IMG/VR virus record: IMGVR_UViG_3300017658_000009
Location: 1-38,917 of that record
Length of the DNA: 38,917 nt
Origin: a virus
Taxonomy: Duplodnaviria > Caudoviricetes
Direction: 5' to 3' (one strand)
Part shown: positions 32,894 through 38,917 of the stretch, piece after piece
Layout of the letters: every line of letters begins with the position of its first letter
How positions within the stretch are numbered: position 1 is the first letter of the stretch
Position numbers and translations under genes: made by a program
Notes under the pieces: model-generated
The model's input: the letters and a program-made list of their open reading frames with translations, nothing else
Told to the model about the DNA's origin: nothing
The model's database searches: none

Positions 32894-35706
32894 TGGCGAA
32901 GCCGCAGCAGTTCGTGCAGCAGTACGGCGCGCTGGCCGACACAGTCGGCGGCCAGCTCGGTGTGGACCCGGCCATCTTGCTGGGGCAGTGGGGCCTTGAA
33001 ACGGGATGGGGCCGCAGCGTCATCGCGGGCACCAACAACCTGGGCAACATCAAAGGGCCGGGCGTCGCGGCGGTCGATAACATGACCGGCAGCAATGACG
33101 AATACCGCGCCTATGCCACTCCCGAGCAGTTCGGCGAGGACTTCGCGGGCCTCCTGGGCCGCCGCTACAAGGCCGCGATGAATGCAGGCCAGAATGCCCA
33201 GCAGTACGCGGAGGCGCTGAAAGCTGGTGGGTATGCCGAAGATCCGGATTACGTGCCCAAGCTGGTGGCGGCCACCGAGACGGTGCGCGGCCTGGGCGGG
33301 ATCGGCGGGGCGATGGATCGGCTTGCGGGTGCAATCTTCCCGTCTGCGGAGGCGGCCGGCAGTGACGATATCTTCGCTGGCGCCAGGACAGCAGTTGGAC
33401 GCCCTGCAGCGTCGGCCCCGGCGGTTGACGATGTATTCGCCGGTGCGCGAACTGCCGTGCCGAAGGCGGCGCCCGCCTCGGGCCCGACGCCTGCACCCGC
33501 TCCCCCCGCCGGCAGCGCCCCGGCGACGACCAGCCGCGGCGATGACGGCGTGCTGCGCGTGGAAATGGGCGGCACCGGGCCGGTCCCCGCGCCGGCACCG
33601 GCGGCCGCGCGCGGCTTCTTCGACGAGCTGGGCTCGCCGTCCGAATGGGCGCGCCAGGCCGGCCTGACCGCGCGCTACGGACTGGAGGGTCTGGGCCAGG
33701 CCGCGCAGCTGGTCACTGAGCCGCTGCGGCAGTATGTGGTCAATCCGGCCGCCGAGCTGGTGGGCCTGCCGCCGGCGACGTCGTCCGGCAGCACGATGGC
33801 CTCGCTGGCCGATGCCCTGGGCCTTCCCTCGCCCGAGACGCGGCAGGAGCGCATTGTGGGCGACGCCGCGCGGCTGATGGCCGGCAGTGGGGGCTTGATG
33901 GGGCTGTTGGGCGCCGCGAGCGGAGGCGCGCAGGCGGCGGGCGGTCTGCTGCCCACGGCCAGCACGACCGGCCTGGGTCAGAGCGTCATGGCCGGCCTGG
34001 CGGCGAACCCTGGCACACAACTCGGCTCTGCGACGGGGGCCGGCCTGTTGGGTGGCACCGCGCGCGAGAATGGCGCGGGCGCCCTGGGGCAGTTCGGCGC
34101 ATCCCTCGCGGGCGGCCTGCTTGGTGGCGGCGCGGTCATGGCAGGCAGCAGCCTAGCCGATACCGCACGCAACGCAGCGGCCCGTCTGACGGCGCGCCCG
34201 GCGGATCTGGATATTCGCTTCGCGAACCTGATGGACGAGGCGGGTGTGGACCTGTCCACGCTGCCGCGCGAGGTCGCGCGCGGGCTGAGGGCGGAAATGG
34301 AATCTGCGCTGCGCACGGGCCGCGAGCTGCGCCCTGATGCGGTCCGCCGCTTGGCGGACTTCCGAGCGGTGGGCGCGACGCCTACGCGCGGCTCCATCAC
34401 GCTAGACCCGGTGCAGCTTACCCGCGAACAGAACCTGGCCAAGATCGCCGCGAACAGCGCCGACGACCAGCTGGCCGCGCTGCCGCGCATGCAGAACCAG
34501 AACAACGCGCGGCTGATCAGCCAGCTGAACGAATCCGGCGCCGGCCGCGCGCCGGAAGCAATCGAGGCGGGAGAGGCCGCCATCGGGGCGCTTTCCCGTA
34601 ACTTGGACGCCCGGCGCGCCAACGTGAACAGCCTGTATGCGAATGCGCGCGATAGCGCCGGCCGCAGCTTCCCATTGGACGGCGCCTCGTTCACCAACCG
34701 GGTTGCGCAAGCGCTGGACGACAATCTGCTGGGCGGCGCGCTGCCCGCGGACGTGCGCAACCACCTGAACCGCATCGCACAGGGTGAGGTTCCGTTCACG
34801 GTCGACTATGCGGAGCAGCTGAAAACCGCCATGGGCAAGTTGCAGCGCGCGACCTCGGACGGGCAGGTCCGCATGGCCCTGGGCGTAGTCCGCAACGAGC
34901 TGGACAACACGCCCGTGCTGGGCCTGGGGCAGCAAACTGGCGCCGTCGGCGCACGCGCGGTGAATCCCGGGAACCTGCCGACGCCGCCCAATGCGCCGCA
35001 GCTGGGCGAAGAGGCCATTGCGGCATTCAACCAGGCGCGGGCCGCCAATCGCGCCATGATGAGGGACGTGGAGGCCAGCCCGGCCCTGAAAGCGGTATTC
35101 GAAGGGACCGCGACGCCTGACCAATTCGTCAGCCGGTACATCCTGGGCAAGAACGCCAGCGCGGCGGACGTGGCGGCGCTGCGCCGCGGCCTGGGCGACA
35201 ACCCGGCGGCCGTCGGCGCGGTGAGGGACCATCTGGTCGACTACCTGAAGGGCAAGGCGCTGAACGGCGCGGCGGACGAGGTCGGGAAGTTCAGTTCGGC
35301 GGCCTACAACAAGGCGCTGGACGCCATTGGGGGCCGCAAGCTGTCGCAGTTCTTCAGCCCCGAGGAAATCGCGCAGTTGCGCGCGGTGGGCCGCGTTGGC
35401 AGTTACATGCAGGCCCAGCCGGTAGGGTCGGCCGTCAACAACAGCAACTCGGGTGCGTTGCTCGCCGGCCGTGGCTACGACTTCCTGAAATCGGTCGTGA
35501 ACAAGGTTCCATTCGGGGAGGCCGCGCTGCTTACGCCGCTTCGCAATATCGAGGTGTCGTTGCGCCAGCGCGGCGCGCAAAACGTGCTGCCGGGGCTGCT
35601 TGCTGAGGCGGTTCGTCGTCAGACGCCGGTGAGCGGGCCGTTCCTGCTGCCCGGCGCGGCGGCCGTGGGTGGTCTACTTGCGGCGCCAGGCGTCAATGGC
35701 CCCTAG
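32890..35706 (+). CDS. Large ejection protein with N-terminal GH73/FlgJ-like peptidoglycan hydrolase
   Basis: Q..LETGWG, NNL.NIKG, GYA.DP.Y..KL motifs; GGAGG RBS. Confidence 0.82.
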   Translation: MMAKPQQFVQQYGALADTVGGQLGVDPAILLGQWGLETGWGRSVIAGTNNLGNIKGPGVAAVDNMTGSNDEYRAYATPEQFGEDFAGLLGRRYKAAMNAGQNAQQYAEALKAGGYAEDPDYVPKLVAATETVRGLGGIGGAMDRLAGAIFPSAEAAGSDDIFAGARTAVGRPAASAPAVDDVFAGARTAVPKAAPASGPTPAPAPPAGSAPATTSRGDDGVLRVEMGGTGPVPAPAPAAARGFFDELGSPSEWARQAGLTARYGLEGLGQAAQLVTEPLRQYVVNPAAELVGLPPATSSGSTMASLADALGLPSPETRQERIVGDAARLMAGSGGLMGLLGAASGGAQAAGGLLPTASTTGLGQSVMAGLAANPGTQLGSATGAGLLGGTARENGAGALGQFGASLAGGLLGGGAVMAGSSLADTARNAAARLTARPADLDIRFANLMDEAGVDLSTLPREVARGLRAEMESALRTGRELRPDAVRRLADFRAVGATPTRGSITLDPVQLTREQNLAKIAANSADDQLAALPRMQNQNNARLISQLNESGAGRAPEAIEAGEAAIGALSRNLDARRANVNSLYANARDSAGRSFPLDGASFTNRVAQALDDNLLGGALPADVRNHLNRIAQGEVPFTVDYAEQLKTAMGKLQRATSDGQVRMALGVVRNELDNTPVLGLGQQTGAVGARAVNPGNLPTPPNAPQLGEEAIAAFNQARAANRAMMRDVEASPALKAVFEGTATPDQFVSRYILGKNASAADVAALRRGLGDNPAAVGAVRDHLVDYLKGKALNGAADEVGKFSSAAYNKALDAIGGRKLSQFFSPEEIAQLRAVGRVGSYMQAQPVGSAVNNSNSGALLAGRGYDFLKSVVNKVPFGEAALLTPLRNIEVSLRQRGAQNVLPGLLAEAVRRQTPVSGPFLLPGAAAVGGLLAAPGVNGP

Positions 35707-35754
35707 GATCAGGGCCGCGGCCAGATAGCCAAGAAGGATTGGATCGAAGGACAT
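35674..35754 (-). CDS. Putative leaderless membrane micropeptide (26 aa, MSFDPILLGYLAAALILGAIDAWRRK)
   Basis: Not in the ORF track; TAGAAT -10 at 35766-35761 ends 6 nt before the ATG; single hydrophobic helix with basic tail. Confidence 0.55.
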   Translation of the reverse strand: MSFDPILLGYLAAALILGAIDAWRRK

Positions 35755-35776
35755 GCGCCGATTCTACGATCAAACC

Positions 35777-35797
35777 GCCGCCTTCGGGCGGCTTTTT
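35777..35797 (+). terminator. Intrinsic terminator after ejection genes
   Basis: GCCGCC-TTCG-GGCGGC-TTTTT. Confidence 0.85.
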
Positions 35798-35820
35798 CAT
35801 GCCCGCGCAGGAGGGGAGTG

Positions 35821-36306
35821 ATGGCAAGGCTGAGTGAGAAAGAGGCCGGAGGGCGCAACGTCCTGGCCTTCTTGGACATGCTGGCGGTGTCGGAGGGAAC
35901 GGACGACGGCCGGCAACCCACGAAGGATGATGGTTATGACGTGCTCGTGGGCGGGGGCCTGTTCAGCGGTTACGCCGACCATCCCAATGTGCTGGTCAGG
36001 CTGAGCCCCACGCTCTCGTCGACAGCCGCGGGCCGCTACCAGATCCTGTACAGGTACTGGCCGCACTATCGGGACCTTCTGGGGCTGCCGGACTTCGGGC
36101 CCCTGTCCCAGGACCGGTATGCCATCCAGCAGCTCAAGGAGCGGCGTGCGCTCCCGGACATCCAGGCGGGCCGATTCGATGAGGCGGTGGCCAAGGTCCG
36201 GAACATCTGGGCCAGCCTGCCGGGCGCCGGCTATGGACAGCACGAGCAGAAGATTGAGCGTTTGCGCGATGCATACGTGCGCGCTGGCGGCGCGCTGGCG
36301 GGGTAG
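35821..36306 (+). CDS. Endolysin, lambda R-like lytic transglycosylase
   Basis: AFLDMLA.SEGT, STAAGRYQ, IWASLPG.GYGQ motifs. Confidence 0.93.
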   Translation: MARLSEKEAGGRNVLAFLDMLAVSEGTDDGRQPTKDDGYDVLVGGGLFSGYADHPNVLVRLSPTLSSTAAGRYQILYRYWPHYRDLLGLPDFGPLSQDRYAIQQLKERRALPDIQAGRFDEAVAKVRNIWASLPGAGYGQHEQKIERLRDAYVRAGGALAG

Positions 36307-36308
36307 CG

Positions 36309-36662
36309 ATGGATTTCGAAAAGGGGATCTACGCCGGCCTGGCGCTGCTGATAACTGGGTTCGTTGGCAAATGGCTCGTGCCGCTGCTGATTCGGACGCT
36401 CGATAACAGTGTCGCTAGCGCTACAGCCTCGGGCGGCGCGCTGGCCACGATCACGGCAGAGCGTGACCAGTGGAAGATGCGGGCGATCGAACTGGACAGG
36501 CAGCTCCAGGAAATGCGCGCGGACTGGGCCTCGATGAAGGGGGACATGCGGCTGATCAAGTACCAGTTGCACGAGGCGCGCGTGCGCATCGCCCAACTGA
36601 CGGGGGAGCCGCCGCCCGCCGGTGAGGACGATCTTGGAGAGGATTATGGGAAAAGTCATTGA
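36309..36662 (+). CDS. Single-TM coiled-coil protein, holin/antiholin candidate
   Basis: N-terminal hydrophobic helix, C-terminal coiled coil; inside lysis cassette. Confidence 0.6.
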   Translation: MDFEKGIYAGLALLITGFVGKWLVPLLIRTLDNSVASATASGGALATITAERDQWKMRAIELDRQLQEMRADWASMKGDMRLIKYQLHEARVRIAQLTGEPPPAGEDDLGEDYGKSH

Positions 36663-37083
36663 GCGGCTGTGCCGCTGCGACGCCGAACGGGCGAATTATC
36701 TGGTGCGGTTCCTTAAAGCGTGGGCCGCATACCTGGGCATCCTTTGCCTAGGTGGGATGATCTTCGGCGCGCCGCTGTACGTCTGGTTCGATCGTTCCCT
36801 GACCTCGGCGGATGCCTCCCACCAGCAGGAGATTGCCCGCATGCAGAAGATCAACCATGAGTTGATGGTGATCATCAAGGACCGGTTGCCGCCGATCGTG
36901 AAGCAGGCAGACGCTGCCATCCAGGCGGCCAAGGGCGCGGCGTCCAAAGCCGGCACAGCCGCCAACAAGGCCACGGCTGCGGCGAAGTCGGCCAACACGG
37001 CAGTGAAGAAGGTGGAGGAAGTCCTGGAGCCACCAGCGCCGCCCGCGCCAGCTAAGGCCCCTGAATGGCTGAACACGCCATGA
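36646..37083 (+). CDS. Single-TM protein, holin/antiholin candidate
   Basis: GGAGAGG RBS, one TM helix, Ala/Lys-rich tail. Confidence 0.6.
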   Translation: MGKVIERLCRCDAERANYLVRFLKAWAAYLGILCLGGMIFGAPLYVWFDRSLTSADASHQQEIARMQKINHELMVIIKDRLPPIVKQADAAIQAAKGAASKAGTAANKATAAAKSANTAVKKVEEVLEPPAPPAPAKAPEWLNTP

Positions 37084-37586
37084 CCCCGCTGCTGCGCGCT
37101 GCTGCGCCATATCTTATCGGGGCCGCCCTGGTGGTGGTCGCGCTCCTGGGCGTGCGCTGGTACGGCTCCAGCCAATACCATGCCGGCGGTGACGCACGCC
37201 AGGCCGAAATCGAGAAACGCCAGGCCGCCATTGAGCGCGCCTGGCAGGAGGAAAGAGACCGTGCTGATGCCCAGTTCCGCGGCGCCATCCTGGCGCGGCA
37301 GCAAGCCGAATCCAAGCTGGCCCAGGCTGAGCGTGATCGTGATGCCGCTTTTGCTCGCATTGGGGGGCTGCGCAAGCAGCTTGCCGCCCGGGACGCCCAG
37401 GCATCCTATGCCAGCGGCAGACCTGATGGCGCCGGCCCCGACTGGGTCGGCCTATTTGGAGAGTGTCTCGACCGAGCTCAACGCCTTGGACGCCGACTTG
37501 GCGAGGTGGGAAAAGACGCTGCAGGATGGGCTGACCAGGTGAACGGGCTGCAGGGCTATTTCCGCGGTCTGGGGGCCAAGCCCTAG
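37080..37586 (+). CDS. Rz: Inner-membrane spanin
   Basis: N-terminal TM, long coiled coil, single Cys near the C-terminus. Confidence 0.82.
   Translation: MTPLLRAAAPYLIGAALVVVALLGVRWYGSSQYHAGGDARQAEIEKRQAAIERAWQEERDRADAQFRGAILARQQAESKLAQAERDRDAAFARIGGLRKQLAARDAQASYASGRPDGAGPDWVGLFGECLDRAQRLGRRLGEVGKDAAGWADQVNGLQGYFRGLGAKP
37267..37542 (+). CDS. Rz1: Outer-membrane lipoprotein spanin embedded in Rz (+1 frame)
   Basis: Hydrophobic signal with lipobox LGGC then Pro-rich segment; exact start uncertain. Confidence 0.78.
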   Translation: MPSSAAPSWRGSKPNPSWPRLSVIVMPLLLALGGCASSLPPGTPRHPMPAADLMAPAPTGSAYLESVSTELNALDADLARWEKTLQDGLTR

Positions 37587-37876
37587 CGCGGCTCCATCCC
37601 CTTGCGCAGCTTGCGTGGCGATTCCAGCAGGGCGTCGACAGTCTGATTACGTTCCAGAACGCAGGGCTCCGCGTGGATCTGCTGGATCCAGTCATCGAAC
37701 ACGGTGGCCAGAATGCCGTTGGGGCGTTGCAGGTCGCAGGAAAGCTGGTTGGCGCGCAGGATGATCGAGCGTAGGCGCTTGATCTCCCATAGTAGGGAGA
37801 TCACATCGGGGTTCCAGGGCTGGCGCTCTCGGATGGCGCGCAGTTGGTCGGCGGTGAGTGGATCTTTGAACGGCAT
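37583..37876 (-). CDS. Small protein preceded by a LexA-like box
   Basis: 97 aa, PLT..QL.AI.ER...DV..LLWEIKRLR pattern. Confidence 0.75.
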   Translation of the reverse strand: MPFKDPLTADQLRAIRERQPWNPDVISLLWEIKRLRSIILRANQLSCDLQRPNGILATVFDDWIQQIHAEPCVLERNQTVDALLESPRKLRKGMEPR

Positions 37877-37887
37877 AGCGGAAAACA

Positions 37888-37903
37888 CTGGTTGTACATC
37901 CAG
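37888..37903. promoter_or_regulatory. LexA (SOS) box-like palindrome overlapping a -10 element
   Basis: CTGG-ATGTACAA-CCAG (CTG-N10-CAG) on the minus strand, overlapped by TATACT. Confidence 0.65.
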
Positions 37904-37914
37904 TATATTCCGCA

Positions 37915-38583
37915 TTAAATGGGGTCAATTGCGTCCGCTTCTTGATAGCGCGGGTTCCCTACTTCCCGTTTCACCGCGTGCCATGCGAACGCAGATTCAG
38001 GCAGGCCACCGGCCAGAATCTCCCGGGCCCGCACCACGTCCGTCCCTGGGTCGAGCCATTCGGCGGCCAGCTCGGGCGGAAGTGCTATAGGGCGCCGGTC
38101 GTGCACGTCGATCATCCCGCCCTGCACATCGTTCGTCACAATCGCGAAGCCGTGGGCATCATCTAGGTCGGCGCCTGGCTGCCAAGCCGATATGCCGGCC
38201 AGCAACAGCGGCGTTCCATCTGCCGCATAAATATAGTGCGGCTGCTTGGTGCCGTCCGGGTTCTTGATCCATTCGTACCAGCCATCGGCCGGAACCAGGA
38301 TCCGCCCCATGGTCATCATGCCGCGCCAGGGCCAACCGTTGCGGCGGATAGTCTCGAGCTTGGCGTTGATCATGAAGTGGGGGAAGTCCGTGCGCTGGTA
38401 CCCCCAGGGGAGCCGGGCGACGTTTAGGTTGCCGCCGTCCAGCCGGTGAATGGTCAGCGGGCGGGTGTGCGGCGCGACGTTGTACCGCGGCCCGATCGGG
38501 TCGGCGAAGATCGCGCGCGGATTGGGGAAGATCCGCTCGACATAATCCATCGGTCCTGACTTCTGGACGATTCGGCCGCACAT
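37915..38583 (-). CDS. SOS response-associated peptidase (SRAP, YedK/HMCES family)
   Basis: N-terminal MCGR, RYNVAP, INA+.ET, PADGWYEW, HDR.P; GGAGG RBS. Confidence 0.93.
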   Translation of the reverse strand: MCGRIVQKSGPMDYVERIFPNPRAIFADPIGPRYNVAPHTRPLTIHRLDGGNLNVARLPWGYQRTDFPHFMINAKLETIRRNGWPWRGMMTMGRILVPADGWYEWIKNPDGTKQPHYIYAADGTPLLLAGISAWQPGADLDDAHGFAIVTNDVQGGMIDVHDRRPIALPPELAAEWLDPGTDVVRAREILAGGLPESAFAWHAVKREVGNPRYQEADAIDPI

Positions 38584-38620
38584 GGGCCCTCCTGCTGGAA
38601 GGGGAAGGGCCAGTATAGGA

Positions 38621-38770
38621 TCAGCCAGGGGCGGGCCGCATCCCGGTTTGCCGCTGCAGCAAGATTTCCGCGATGTAGGCGGCGACTAAGGCTTCCAGCA
38701 ACTGCTGGTCGGCCTCCGTCAGTTCGGCTACCTGCTCGGGGGTGATGGTGTCGAAGGGCCAGGGTTCCAT
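38621..38770 (-). CDS. Small hypothetical protein (49 aa)
   Basis: MEPWPFDTITPEQVAEL..., amphipathic, fills the gap before attR. Confidence 0.5.
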   Translation of the reverse strand: MEPWPFDTITPEQVAELTEADQQLLEALVAAYIAEILLQRQTGMRPAPG

Positions 38771-38834
38771 GATGGATACTCTATCTGGACAGCTGCGCAC
38801 GGCTATCCAGTTGGTTGAAATGTCGGACGAAAAG

Positions 38835-38863
38835 ACGCCATCGGCCACGCCAAATTTACGCCA
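38835..38863 (+). promoter_or_regulatory. Putative integrase arm-type sites, right (3x ACGCCA)
   Basis: ACGCCA at 38835, 38847, 38858; same motif and similar spacing as 145-173. Confidence 0.6.
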
Positions 38864-38899
38864 CACGACTCAGAGACCGCGCCAATGCTAGAGTTTTCT

Positions 38900-38917
38900 G
38901 TCCCCTCCTTCGCACCA
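38900..38917 (+). repeat. attR core (duplicated tRNA 3' end)
   Basis: Exact copy of 1-18. Confidence 0.93.

Larger units (their letters stand above)
1..38917. mobile_element. Complete integrated temperate prophage (lambdoid regulation, podovirus-like virion)
   Basis: Terminal 18-bp direct repeats, integrase next to the left end, and a full set of lysogeny, replication, packaging, virion and lysis modules with no obvious frameshifts. Confidence 0.96.

Noticed and set aside
38785-38810. Second LexA box upstream of the 49-aa ORF (CTGGACAGC...GCTATCCAG inverted repeat)
   Set aside because: Spacing does not fit CTG-N10-CAG; left as an unexplained imperfect palindrome

Overview
The window is one apparently complete ~38.9 kb temperate prophage of a high-GC betaproteobacterium. 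An Achromobacter/Bordetella-like host is my inference from composition and gene style. It is bounded by an exact 18-bp direct repeat (GTCCCCTCCTTCGCACCA at 1-18 and 38900-38917) that is the 3' end of a tRNA, probably tRNA-Leu. Organisation is lambdoid. It runs: integrase and xis; a leftward early operon (Lar, C5 methyltransferase, exonuclease/SSB/Sak4-like ATPase, many small ORFs); a cI-cro-cII switch with six 16-bp operators; NinB, replication initiator, SF4 helicase, RuvC-like resolvase and a Q-like gene; a late promoter; podovirus-type virion genes (terminase, portal, scaffold, capsid, tail fibre, nozzle, four ejection proteins, no tape measure); a lysis cassette with embedded Rz/Rz1; and a terminal leftward block with a SRAP gene and a LexA-box-preceded gene. 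The most notable observations are four. (1) The cytosine methyltransferase is encoded by two fully overlapping ~300-codon frames that share out the conserved motifs. (2) An unannotated, probably leaderless 26-aa membrane peptide lies antisense at the end of the ejection genes, the position of P22 sieA. (3) One early gene is built from cassettes separated by exact DNA linker repeats. (4) An unannotated 54-aa antisense gene sits between cro and cII behind a PRE-like promoter. All product calls come from motif recognition and synteny by eye; no database searches were run.
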